NCBI GenBank assembly: GCA_000004695.1
Contig: CM000150.2
Span: forward strand, 1,920,001 to 1,984,000
DNA: 64,000 nucleotides
Direction of reading: 5' to 3'
From: Dictyostelium discoideum
Taxonomy: Eukaryota
Both the position numbers and the translations under genes were made by a program. Below, one piece after another: positions 37,162 to 50,454 of the stretch (its first letter is position 1; each line of letters opens with the position of its first letter). The notes below the pieces were generated by a model. That model worked only from the letters and a program-made list of their open reading frames with translations. It did not search any database and had not been told where the DNA came from.

Positions 37162-38072
37162 TTATGCTAATCTTTCAATAATATGAACACCTGAATCAGT
37201 ATCTACAATGCCACTAACTTCACCAACTTTTAAAGAAAATCTAAAGTTTTAAAATAATAATAAAGTATATTAATAATTAATTTATTATTATTAAAAATGA
37301 TTTTGATAATCAATGTTAATTTTATGATTATTGAAAAAACTTACGCGCAATCTTCAAAAGGTCTTTGCATTTGGCCTCTTTTGAATGGATCAAGATAGCC
37401 ACCTCTTTTAGCACTGCTACAATCTGAATTTTTATGAGCTAAATCTTCAAATGTGGCAGAACCAGATATAATTGTTGCTCTATATTCATTAAGTTTAGCG
37501 ATTGCTCTTTCTTTGGTTCTTGTAATTTTAGATTCCCTCCAAGATGATGGATTTCTTGAACCTTGATGTTTAACTAAAAGATGACGGCAAGTGACTGTTT
37601 TTGGTTCTGATGATGATGATGATGATGATGATGAAGAAGATGATGGATTTGTATTTACAGTGCCTTTTAATATAAAATGTTTTGATGATGAACCAAATTT
37701 AAAAGTGAAGTTTTCTTTAACAGTTGTTGGAGTTAATGGTTTAACTTGTTCATCATTAACTTGAGTGCCAGTTGCAGATTGTAAATCAATTAAATAGAAT
37801 CTATTATTTGCACCATGATATACCAATGCAGCATGTCTTCTTGATACTGATGGATGATCTAATAAAACTGACGCAACTTCACTACTTCTACCAAATACTG
37901 TGAATTTATCTTTACTAATATCAACTCTATCTATATTCACACCATTCTTTATAATCTCTAAATAAACATTTGATATTGGTTTTGATGCCCATTCTGGACA
38001 TTTAAATGGTGGTATTGGTTCATTTTCATCTTCTCTAATTTCATTATTATTATTATTATTATTATCGCCCAT
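37162..38072 (-). CDS. FHA-domain plus parvulin (Pin1-type) peptidyl-prolyl cis-trans isomerase. CDS complement(join(37162..37240,37345..38072)).
   Basis: The FHA core is FTVFGRSSEVASVLLDHPSVSRRHAALVY...FYLIDLQSATGTQVN. The PPIase region is [105 protein letters not shown], which aligns to human PIN1 [105 protein letters not shown]. A 104-nt intron runs from GTAAGT to TTTAG with a phase-2 junction. Confidence 0.8.
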
Positions 38073-38412
38073 TCTTTCTTTTTTTTTTTTTTTTTAAATA
38101 CAAGTGTGTTGATGTAATTTTTATTTTTTTTTTTTTTTTTTTTTGAATTTGAAATTTTTTTTTTTAATCCAAAAAAAAAAAAAAAATAAAAACAAAAAAA
38201 AAATAAAATAAAAAAAAAAAAAAATAACCACTTTTAGTATTTTAATATAAAATGAATAATTTCAAGAATGAAAAAATAATATTTAGTAAATATTTATTAA
38301 AAAATTAAAATATCAAAATAAATTTTTTTTTTTGAAAATTGAGGAGCCCAAAAATAGGAAATGTTTTATGATTCTTTGAAAATAAAATTGGAAATATTTT
38401 TCAAAAATTTAG

Positions 38413-38444
<32 letters not shown>

Positions 38445-38534
38445 CAATTAACAATTTTTTTTTTTTATTTTTTTCTTCTTTTTTTTTTTTTTTAACCCTT
38501 TATTTTTTTTATTTTCCAACAAATACAATTTTAA

Positions 38535-39583
38535 ATGATTGAAAAAACAATGACAAATATTAGTGATGAATGGGTTAGTTTAAATGTTGGGGGTAAGATT
38601 TTTGATACAACTATATCAACATTAACCATTTGTAAAGATTCAGTATTATATAAAATGTTTAAGAGAGAAGACTCTGATAGTTTTACAATGGATTTGGGTA
38701 AACCACAAATTCAAGCCTCAAGAAAAGATAAGAATGGTGCCTATTTAATTGACAGAGATCCAATTTATTTTAGATGTATTTTAAATTATTTAAGAACTCA
38801 ACCAACCAATGCAAAAGATTTAATAATTGATGATAATGTATCATTAAAAGGAATAAGAGAAGAAGCAAATTTTTTTCAATTGGATCATTTGGTTGATTTA
38901 ATTAATACACTTTTAACAAGGGTATCGGATTTCACTAGAAAAGATATACTACTCAATAGACAATCAATTAAATTGACAAAGAGGAAACTATATGATTTGG
39001 ATCTACAAGGCATCGATTTCCAAAAGGAGAATTTCAGCTATAGTATCATTTCAAATTGTAATTTCAATGGCTCACAAGTTAGCAAATCCCATTTCTTGCA
39101 TGTGGTGGGCGACAATTGTACTTTCATTAAAGCATCTGTTGACAATACCAATTTCTCAAGTTCCGATTTATGTGGTTCAAATTTTACTGATTCCGATTTG
39201 GGTCATTCAAGTTTCAATAATTGTAATCTCATTGGGTCAATATTTGACCAATCCAATTGTGTTGGTGCTCTATTTCAACGTGCTATCATTAAGAATGCCT
39301 CATTTAAGAATTCAAATCTCGAGCATGCAAAATTCCAAAAGGCAATCCTAAAGAATAGTGATTTCACAAATGCTCAAATTCAAAATTGTCATTTCACCTC
39401 TGCCGATATTCGTGGTTGTAAATTCGATTGGAAAAATATCTCTTTTGGTCTCTTTAAGAAAGCAAAAGTCACTCAACAACAATATGATGATATACCTCTC
39501 TCAAATAAACATTTATTAGGTTTTAAAATTATTGATAGTCAAGAATATATTGAAAAAATGAATAGAAAAAATAAAAATAATAA

Positions 39584-39614
<31 letters not shown>

Positions 39615-39668
39615 AATGAACAAATTAATAATAATAATAACAATAATTCTGTAAATTTAAATAATAAA

Positions 39669-39712
<44 letters not shown>

Positions 39713-39726
39713 ACAAATAAACAATA

Positions 39727-39757
<31 letters not shown>

Positions 39758-39767
39758 TGAACAAATA

Positions 39768-39802
<35 letters not shown>

Positions 39803-39881
39803 TAGTAATAATAATAATAGTAATAGTAATAATAACAATAGTAATAATAATAATGAACAAATAAATAATAATGAACAAATA

Positions 39882-39944
<63 letters not shown>

Positions 39945-39956
39945 TCTATAAATTTA

Positions 39957-39989
<33 letters not shown>

Positions 39990-40037
39990 TCTGTAAATTT
40001 AAATAATAATAATAATAAAGATATTATAAATAATTAG
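38535..40037 (+). CDS. KCTD9-like protein: BTB/T1 domain plus pentapeptide repeats, with a ~170-aa poly-Asn tail.
   Basis: The BTB region is VSLNVGGKIFDTTISTLTICKDSVLYKMF...YLIDRDPIYFRCILNYLRTQ. The pentapeptide-repeat region is NCNFNGSQVSKSHFLHVVGDNCTFIKASVDNTNFSSSDLCGSNFTDSDLGHSSFNNCNLIGSIFDQSNCVGALFQRAIIKNASFKNSNLEHAKFQKAILKNSDFTNAQIQNCHFTSADIRGCKF. Confidence 0.75.
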
Positions 40038-40617
40038 TTTATCAAATAAAGTTATAAGATAAACATAATTAAACTCTTTTTTATTTTATTTTAAATCATA
40101 TTTTGTTTGTTCAACAAGAAATGGTGAAATATTATATTTTCTAGTTATATGTGCTGATAAATGATTTCTTTAAATTATGTGCCACAGTGATAGATGGTTC
40201 TAGTAGGATACTTTTAATTTTGAATGTATTTCCATTCGTTACAGCCAACGTGTTGTGTATCAATTCTTCACCACCATATATTTTCCTATGTGAAATTGGT
40301 GAGCATTTATATTTTAATGAAGCTTTGACCAAAATTTTCTTTACATGTTCATATTCTTCCCAACCTTTTATATATATTTGGGTTGGTTCCTATTTGTTTT
40401 TGTTTTTTTTAGCAATAATTGAAATGCAGGGTCGTGGATTTGTTTTAAAATCTGATAATTCTTTTTGATATCTTTTTGTATGGCGAGATGTAATTTGGTT
40501 TTATTTTTCTTTTTATTTTTTTTTTTTTTTTTTTTTTTTTCCATATGTTTGTTTTATGTTTTTTTTTTTTTAATTTTTTTTTTTTTTTTTATATATATAA
40601 TTATTATTATATTACTA

Positions 40618-40667
<50 letters not shown>

Positions 40668-40994
40668 CTTTCTTTATTTGTTTAGTTTAACAAAAATATG
40701 CGAATATATAAAATACTGTAAAAATTATATTAAAAATAATTTATTTTTATTTTATTTTTTTTATTTTTATTTTATTTTTTTTTATTTTTTTTTTTTCAAT
40801 TTTTTAGGTGCCTACCCAAAGAATTGTGAGTTTTTTTTTTTTTTTTTTTTTTTTTGTTTTAATTAGTGCTGACCTAAAAAAATAAAAAAAATTATCTTTC
40901 AGTGTTTTATATATTTGCATATTTTCGTTAAAATAACTAAATAAAAAAAATATATAATATAATAATTATATAATAACATATAATAATAATTACA

Positions 40995-41030
<36 letters not shown>

Positions 41031-41101
41031 AAAAAAGAAAAAACATAAACACACAAAAAATAAAAATTATTTAAAGAAAATAATAAGAAAAATAAAATAA
41101 A

Positions 41102-41834
41102 ATGACATCTCGTTATGCAAAAAGACTTCAAAAAGAATTATTAGATTTAAAAACAAATCCGCCACCCTGCATTTCAATTACTGAAGGTGATAATTTAGAT
41201 AAATGGGTCATAGCTGTGGATGGAACAGAGGGTTCAATTTATCAAGGAGAACATTTCAAATTACAATTTAAATTCTCTTCTGGTTATCCATTAGATTCAC
41301 CAGGTAAGTTTAATTAATATCATTTATATATATATATATGATAACTTTATATGACCAATTATAATTATATTAATAATAATAATAATTTGGAATATTATAA
41401 TAGAGGTAATTTTCATTGGAACACCACCAATTCACCCACATATTTATAGCAATGGTCACATTTGTTTATCGATTTGTAAGTTTTAAATATTAATAGTGTA
41501 GCAGTAATAGTAGTAGTAGTAATAGTAGGTAATGGTATTAATATTTTATTTATCTTCATTCTCCCTTTATTTTTTAGTATATGATAATTGGAGTCCAGCT
41601 TTAACTGTTTCATCAGTTTGTTTAAGTATTTTGAGTATGTTAAGTGGTTGCACTGAAAAGGTATGTTTTTAATATTAATTAATATTATTAATGCAGGTCA
41701 CTCAACACAATCTAACAATACATTTTTACTTTTTTTTTTAGATTCGTCCAACTGATGATTCAAAATATGTTTCAAGAGTATTAAATAAAAGTCCAAAAGA
41801 AGTTAGATGGATGTTCCATGATGATACAGTATAA
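41102..41834 (+). CDS. ube2w: Ubiquitin-conjugating enzyme E2 W. CDS join(41102..41303,41404..41475,41578..41660,41742..41834).
   Basis: The spliced product MTSRYAKRLQKELLDLKTNPPPCISITEG...FKLQFKFSSGYPLDSPEVIFIGTPPIHPHIYSNGHICLSILYDNWSPALTVSSVCLSILSMLSGCTEKIRPTDDSKYVSRVLNKSPKEVRWMFHDDTV matches human UBE2W. Shared motifs are HPHVYSNGHICLSIL and WYHDDTC. All three introns have GTA donors and consistent phases. Confidence 0.85.
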
Positions 41835-41894
41835 AAGAAAAAAAGAAAATAATAATAAAAAAAAAAAAAAAAAAAAATGCAAACTAAAGAAAAT

Positions 41895-41932
<38 letters not shown>

Positions 41933-43312
41933 GTCAACAATACCGAGTAGTAACAAAATAAGAATTTCTTAGTTTGCATTAAAAAAAAAAAAAAAAAAAA
42001 AAAAAGAAAAAAAAGAAAAGAATATTGTAACGGTATCTTCACTCTGATATATATTGTATTTTTATATATTATAATAAATATATTTTGTAAATCTTATACA
42101 AAAAAAAAAAAAAAATAAAAAAAAATAAAAAAAAAAAAATAAAAAAATAAAAAAAAAAAAGATTATTTAAATTCGTATCTCTTACTTTTTTCAGAATATT
42201 CTACTTTTTTTTTGGGAAAAAACAAAAAATTAAAGAAAAAAAAAAAAAAACAGAAGAAAATTTGGACTTGGTTTTAGTTTTCTTTTGGTATTTGATTTTT
42301 TTTTTTTTTGTGTTTTTTTTTTTGGGCAAAAAAAAAAAAGAAAATTAAAAAATAAAAAAAACTTAAGTTTTTGGTTTTTTTTTTTTTTTTTTTTATCCCA
42401 CAATTATAAATTTTTCAGTGTGTAATTTTATAAATTTTTTTAATCACTCAAACAATTCGTATTTTATAATGGACAAAATTTTTCGGTCAAACCCTGATTC
42501 TCTATTGATCCTAATTCATGGTTTAACATTTTTGTCCAAGAAAAGAGTAGGATTTTGCACGTTTGATTTTAAAACCACTTTTATAATCAGAATTGGCAAT
42601 TTGTTACTACATCTCACCAAACTTATAATTAATTTAAAGAAAAAAAAATAAAATAAAAACGAAATTATTTAAAAAATAATAAAAAAACGAAACTGTTTTA
42701 AAAATTAAATAAAATAATTTTAAATCATTCTAATTATAATAATTGTTATTTATTTTTTATTTCTATTTTATTTTTATTTTTATTTTTATTTTTATATATA
42801 TATTTATAAATAATAATAATAGATAAAAGTGATAAAATAAATTTAAAAAAAAATTGGTGAAAGGATAAAAAAAAAAAAAAATAGAATGAAATTAGAAAAA
42901 ATATTAAATTTTCTGTTGCTTTTTCTTTTAATTTTATTTAGTGATTGGTATATATTTTATTTTTTTTTATTTTTTATTTTTTATTTTTTTTTTCGAGTGT
43001 CAAACGAGATGTTGGATTGGACAAAAAAAAATTTATTTTTTTAAGATTTTTACCAGGCACCTTTCACAAAAAATTAAATTTAGATAATTATTAATTAAAA
43101 TAAAAAATAAAAAAAAAAATAAATAAAAAAAAAAAAATAAAAAAAAAAAAAAAAATAAAAAAAATAAAAAAGTTTTTTTTTTTTTTTTTTTTTTTTCATT
43201 TATTTTTTTTTTTTTTCTTTGATCTAATTATTGTAACTGATCTCCGTTATAATTTGTGATATTTTCATAAATAGTTTATTATATATAATAATAGAAAATA
43301 ATAATAATAATA

Positions 43313-43354
<42 letters not shown>

Positions 43355-43367
43355 TAATAAATAAATA

Positions 43368-44036
43368 ATGGAGGAAGAGGAGAATCAAGGTCTCCTTCAA
43401 AATGATAATAGTACCAATTTTAGTGATCAAGATAAACATTATAGTTCAAATATAAATGAAAAATATTATTATTATGATGAAAATACACCAATAAAACAAA
43501 ATGGCTTTTGGGGTAAACCAAAAGTTAAAGTTTTTGTTTATCATTTTTTATTCGTTTTCTTATCAATAGTTTATTTATCTGTATGGTATTAATATATATA
43601 TCATGAAAAAGAATAATAATAATAAAAAAAAAAAAAAAAAAAAAAACTTACTCTTTTTTTTTTATATTAGATATCAGTAGGTTTACCATACTTAAACAAA
43701 GCAATTTTAAGTTCAGAGTATCAATTTCCACTTACATCAAGTTTATTTCAAACAATGGGTGCAATAGTTATATTATTAATTTTTAATTTAGCTCAATATC
43801 GTTATCAAAGTGGTGATTTGGTTCAAAAGAGTTATTTCTTTGATAAGAATTTTATTAAAAAAAGGTAATAATCGATACACACATTTTTTTAGTTTTTTTT
43901 TTAGTTTTTTTTTTTATTCAGTTAAAATGTAATGATGAAGAATTATAGAAATGATGACAATTATCATACTCAAAAAAAAAAAAAAAAAAAAAAAAAAGAA
44001 AATCACGCGAATAGAGGGAAAAAAAGGATAAAAAAG

Positions 44037-44068
<32 letters not shown>

Positions 44069-44671
44069 AATTAATATAGTAAAAAGATAGTGGTGTTATT
44101 TTAGGAAATATTAAATATAACACTTGAAACTCAAACTCAATTTCTTGTTATAATTATCTATTCAGGTGCAAATAAGTCAAAGATTATGATTATATTTGTG
44201 TATATATAGAAAAACATTTTCAATTATTTCAATTAAATAAGAATTCTTATTATAACTCTTCCACACTTTTTTTTTTCTTTTTTTATTTTATTTTTTTATT
44301 TTTTCTTCCCAACACTTTTCTCTTTCTTTTTATTTGCATCCTTTTTTTATTTTTTTTTTATTTTTATTTTCTAAACATTTTATTATGTTTTCAATTTATT
44401 TTATTTATATATTTACTCTTTTAAAAAAAAAAAAAAGAAAAAAAAAAAAAAAACTACTAACCATATATTATTTCTAATTTAGTTATATTATGATACCAGT
44501 TTCAATTTGTTTTGCAGCTGTTATGATATTGACAAATGTTGGTATTCAAAAAATTCCAGTTGATTACCATGTTGTTTTTAAATCAACAAATGTTTGTATT
44601 CTTTTTTATTTTTTATTTAAACACTTTTTTTTTTTTTTTTTTTTTATGGGTTTATAGTTTAAATTAATTAA

Positions 44672-44702
<31 letters not shown>

Positions 44703-45334
44703 TAGATTATATGGGTGGTTTTATTTTCAATTTTAATCAATAAAGAAAAACCATCAATTTATGAATATGTTTCAATTGGACTTTTAATGGCAGGTACAAT
44801 ATTGGTATCTTTAGCATTTGCAGATCAATCTGTTGATTCTTGGGTTCCAATAGTTATTAATTTATTAGGATCATTTGCTGAAAGTTTATCAATTGTAGTT
44901 TTAAAATGGACATGTACTTATTTATATAGAATTGATGATACAATGTCTGTAATTGAAGTAGTGTATCATTAAATTTATTAAAATTTGAAATGGAAAAAAA
45001 AAAAAAAAAAAAAAAGTAATAATTAATTAATTAATTTTATTTATTTTTTTTTAATTTTATTATTTTATTATTATAAATTTAAATTTCATTATTTAAAGTA
45101 GTTCAAGGATCAATAGGAATTTTTATACCAATGTTAATTGTTGAAGGTGTTAAAGGATTTAAAGTTTTATCATCAGTTTCTCAACATCAAATTTGGTTAT
45201 TAGTTGCTGGTATTTTTGTTACTATGGTTTTCCAGACTTGTACCGTTTGGTTAAGTAAGAGTATGTACTCTACTACCGTTGGTGTAATTAGTCAACTTCA
45301 AATGTATGTATTTTATTTTTATTATTATTTTTTA

Positions 45335-45367
<33 letters not shown>

Positions 45368-45662
45368 TTTATTTTTTATATGTATATATATACTAATAAA
45401 ATTTTTTTTTTTTTTTTTTAAATTAATTTTTATTTTTATATTTTTTAAAAAAAAAAAAAAAAAAAAAATTAGTATTCCGCAAACCATTATAAATATAATA
45501 GCAGGTATTTTAATTGTTACATCTTTACGTATTGTTGGTGTTATATTAACTGTACTTGGTTGTACATTGTTTTCAATGTTTCATTTTTCAAAAATTTATC
45601 CAATTTCAAATTGTTTACCAAAAGGAAGAACTTGTTTATGGTTTAAAAATAATAATGTTTAA
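43368..45662 (+). CDS. Putative multi-pass membrane transporter (DMT/EamA- or SLC35-like). Tentative CDS join(43368..43580,43671..43864,44483..44591,44706..44913,45099..45303,45473..45662).
   Basis: Six exon-like blocks encode consecutive hydrophobic helices (VKVFVYHFLFVFLSIVYLS; GLPYLNKAIL...MGAIVILLIFNL; IPVSICFAAVMILTNVGI; IIWVVLFSILINKEK...LLMAGTILVSLAF; GIFIPMLIVEG...LLVAGIFVTMVF; IINIIAGILIVTSLRIVGVILTVLG). The exon 4/5 junction can only be made phase-consistent with an atypical GTACTT donor at 44914, and exon 3 needs a GTTTGT donor, so the model is approximate. Confidence 0.5.
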
Positions 45663-46393
45663 AATAAAATTGATAATAATTTTTAAATGTGTTTAAAAAA
45701 AAAAAAAAAAAAAAAAATTTTTATTATTTTTATTATTATTATTATTTTTATATTAATGGTAATAGGTTTAAATATTTTATTTTAACTGTTGTAATTAGTG
45801 ATTTAAGAAAAGAGAAAAAAAAAAAAATTTAAAAATTAAAAAATCTAAAAAAAAAAAAGTGTGTGATTTTTAAAAAATTTTAAAATCATTTTTGTAATGT
45901 GCTTATTATAATTATTTTTTATTTTTTATTTTTTTTTTTTATTATTCCTATTTATCACACTCAAAAAGTTTTATTTTTATTTTTATTATTTTATTTTGTT
46001 TCTTTAATTTATTTATTTATTTATTTATTTATTTGTTTTTTTTATTTTTTTTTTTTTTTTTATATTTTTATTTTTTTTATTTCATTTTTTTTTTTTTTTT
46101 AATTTTTGATTTATTTTTTTTATTTTTTTATTTTTTTTTATTTTTATTTTTTTTTTTTCCTAAGAGTAAAAATAGATTTATTTTGACTTCTCCTCATAAA
46201 AAAAAAAAAAAAAAATTAAAAAAAAAAAAAAAAAAAATCAAATAAATTTAAATATATATTCATATATGTATATGTATGTATATGTATATGTATATATATA
46301 TGTATAATATTTAAATATATGTATAATAAAAAAGATAATTTCCAAAAAAAAAAAAAAAAAAAAAAAAACCCTTTAGCATAAAATCCAATTAAT

Positions 46394-46465
46394 ATGGATC
46401 AATATATTCTTAACAACTTTCCAACTGCAAATATTAATAACAACAATGGTATCAACGGTTTAGGT

Positions 46466-46562
<97 letters not shown>

Positions 46563-46573
46563 TTAATAATAAT

Positions 46574-46619
<46 letters not shown>

Positions 46620-46978
46620 TTAATAATAACGCACTCATAAATCCATCATTAGCAAATATCAACTCTATAAATAATACTGCAAATAATGCCATAAATGGAA
46701 ATAGTAATATTAATAATAATAATAATAATAACAATAATAACAATAAAAAATTAAAAATGACAGGATTGGCTGGAATTCCATCACATAATAATCAGCACAA
46801 TCATCATAACCATCATAACCATCATAACCATCATCATCCAGGAATTATTAATACGAATGGACTTATACTAGAGAATACACCTAATACTATAAATGGTATA
46901 GGTGCACTTAATAATATAAATGGATTAAATGGTACTACTCAAATAAATAATGGAATAAGTAATAATAATAATAATAAT

Positions 46979-47024
<46 letters not shown>

Positions 47025-47612
47025 GATACCAATATCCTTATTCATCAATCGGAAGTATTGATGCCTGTATAAATAGTGTTTTTGCAAATTATTCTTACGC
47101 ACCACAACCTCAACAAAATATCACCGCACCATCAACAGTTGTAAATCATAATAGTCAAAATAGTAATAATAATAATAATAATTGTACTACTAACAATAAT
47201 AGCACAGCTTCAAATACAAATAATATTAAAAATAACAGTAATATAACCCCTCACAACAACAACAACAACAATAATAACAATAATAACAATAACAATAATA
47301 ATAATAATAATCAAAACCAAAATCATATGAATAATAACCATAATAACCATAATAACCATAATAACCATAATAATATACATACACAACATTTTACACCAAC
47401 CAATATTCCATCATTTTATACACCACCACCACTCCCTGTATTAACAGCACCAACTACAACTACCACAACTCTTTCAATTACACCTATCATTAACTCTAAC
47501 AATACAATCAATACTCAATCAACACCTATTCAACAACATATATTACCAATTAACTCAAATTCACCACACTCAATAATGCCAACTACAATAATACCAACTT
47601 CAATTATACTGC

Positions 47613-47667
<55 letters not shown>

Positions 47668-47893
47668 TCACCAACAACAACAACAACACCATCAATTTCA
47701 TCATCAACCAATACCACACATTCTTCAACAACACAATCAGCATCAGTCCCAATTACAACAACCAATTCCATTACAACAACACCAACAACATTTACAACAT
47801 TTACAACAAAACCAATATCACCAACAAAACCAACAATACCACTACCAACCCCAACAACTACAACAACAACAGCAACAACATAATATAAAATAA
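46394..47893 (+). CDS. N/Q/H-rich low-complexity protein, N-terminal segment (499 aa). It is probably the 5' part of a longer gene continuing at 47916.
   Basis: ORF track. The sequence is dominated by poly-N, (HN)n and poly-Q and ends at the TAA at 47891-47893. Confidence 0.45.
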
Positions 47894-47915
47894 ACAACAA
47901 CCCCAACAACATTAA

Positions 47916-48018
47916 CCCCAACAAAATCAACACCAACAACAAAACCATCACCAACAACAAGAACATTCACCAACAAAAACCACAACAACAAAACCACCAA
48001 CAACAAAACAATTTCAGG

Positions 48019-48096
<78 letters not shown>

Positions 48097-49307
48097 ATTT
48101 CCAAAGCCAACAACTCCAAATTAAGCAAGAGCATATACCTCCTGATGAAAATGATAAACAAAAACAACAACAACCACAACAACCACAACCACATGTAAAA
48201 GTAGAAAAATCCAAATCAAGTAAATCAAATAAGAAAAATAAAACACCAACATCATCTCCAAAACCAAAGAAAACAAAAACAAAAGCAAAAGCAAATCCAA
48301 AATCATCAAAGAAAACCACCACAACAGAAAATCAAACACCAGTCAATACATCACCAACTTCAAATACGACAACTCCTTCATCAACTCCATCTTTATTAAC
48401 AACCCCAACAACTCCAAATATACCATTACCATTTCCACAAATATTACAACAACAACAACAAATACAACAAATACAACAATTACAACAAAAACCATTAATA
48501 CCTTTACCAAATAGTAATAATGCAAATTCTTCTTCTTCTTCTTCTTCATCTTCATCCCCTTCTTCTTCATCTTCTTCATCCTCTTCTTCAAAGAAATCAA
48601 AATCTAGAGATTCAATTATAAAATCAATTGTTCAAAGGGAATTAACTATTGATTTAATAAAATGTAAGCATATAAGGAAAGTGGATGAATCAATTATAAA
48701 TAGTTTTTCAAAAGATTATCTTAAAATATTATTAGATGGTGATAGAACTCCACAAAAAAGTAATCCAAAGGATCAATATAAGCACCATATTGAAGAAATC
48801 ATTCAACAATCTGGAGTTACTATTAATAATAATACTTTGGAATATCATTGTATATTTTGTAATATTAATAATAATAATATTAATAATAATAATATTAATA
48901 ACAACAATACTAATAATGAAAACGATAACTCTACTACTACCACTACTACTACCACTACTACTTCCAGTACCAATAATGATGATATTGAAGATAATGATAA
49001 TGATAATGATAATGATAATGAAAATGAAAATGATAATGATAATGATAATGATAATTATAATGATAACGATAATGATGATAACACCGCTGATGAATATGAA
49101 GATATTGAACATTCTGATATCAGTTCTAAACCTAAAAATATCGATTCAACTACCACTAAAACAACAACTACAACAACAACAACTACAACTACCAGTGCCA
49201 CCAATGACGCATCTCAAAACATTGTTGACAATAATAGTGGTAGTAATAGTAGTGGCAATAATAAAAATGAAGATCCAACTACAAAAGTAAATAAAAATGA
49301 AAATGAA

Positions 49308-49365
<58 letters not shown>

Positions 49366-49745
49366 TTAATAATAATAATAATAATAATGGTAATGGTAAT
49401 AGAATTTTCAAAAAGGATAAACATTTTAAGAATCATATTGTTGATCAACATTTGGAAAAAGTTAAAGAATTTATATTACCACCACCAAATTTAAGGAATG
49501 GAATGAAAAAGAAATGTGATCATGTTGGTTGTCATTCAATATTTAGAGTGGATGAATTTTCAAAACATGTAAAAAGAGTTCATCATCTTTATGATAAAGA
49601 TGCTGTTGACACTTGTGCGAGATGTATTTCAATTAAAAGTAATCTTTTCCAAAAAGTCTTGTTATCGATTAGTGAAAAAAATTCTAAAAAAACTAATAAT
49701 AATAAAGATAATAAAGATAATAATAATAGAGATAATAATAAAGAC

Positions 49746-49823
<78 letters not shown>

Positions 49824-49829
49824 GATTAA
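47916..49829 (+). CDS. Continuation ORF with no ATG for 765 nt (PQQNQHQQQ...KNKTPTSSPKPKKTKTKAK...poly-S...) ending in a Cys/His zinc-finger-like region.
   Basis: The frame congruent to 0 mod 3 is open from 47916 to the stop at 49827-49829. The ORF track reports only its GTG-initiated tail (48681-49829). The C-terminal block KCDHVGCHSIFRVDEFSKHVKRVHH has C-x4-C-x12-H-x5-H spacing (C2H2-like), and YHCIFC lies upstream of it. Confidence 0.4.
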
Positions 49830-50454
49830 AAAAAAAAAACTGAAAAAAACAAAATCAAAATCAATTTTGATTAAAACAAAAAAAAAAAAAAAAAAAAAAA
49901 AAGATAAGAAAGGATTAAAAATTTACTTTTAATTATTTAATAGTAAAACTATGGACTTTTTTTTTTTTATTATGTATTATTATAAATAAAAAAAAATAAT
50001 AGATAAACCCTTCTTTATTTATTATATATATATATATATAAAATATATATAAATATATATTTCATATAATTCAAATACAACTTGAAATTTTCAATCATTT
50101 ATTTATTTATTTGTCACTCTTTTTCTTTTAATTCTTGTATTTTTTTTTTTTCTTTTGCTTTGTGATTAAATAATTTTAAATATTGATTTATTAATATTAT
50201 TATTATTCCAATTCAAAAAAAAAAAATTAATATTATTATTATTTCTTGATTATTTTTCCAAAAAAAAATTATATATAATTTTGCTCAAAACAATTGGATT
50301 TATCTTTTTTTTAAAAAGAACAATAAAAATCCAAGTATAATTTTTAGCTATTTTCAATTTTTAAAATAAATAATTCCTGGAAAGAGATTTTGGTAATTTG
50401 AAAAACAATGAAAAAAAGGGAGAGGAGCAAAAAAAATGAAAATTCATCAAAAAT

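Noticed and set aside
40040-41100. A possible gene in the 1-kb gap between the KCTD9-like gene and UBE2W (ORFs 40141-40332, 40151-40468).
   Set aside because: There is no domain and no splice-consistent extension, and the region is bounded by long T/A homopolymers. It is most likely intergenic. I could not exclude a small exon.
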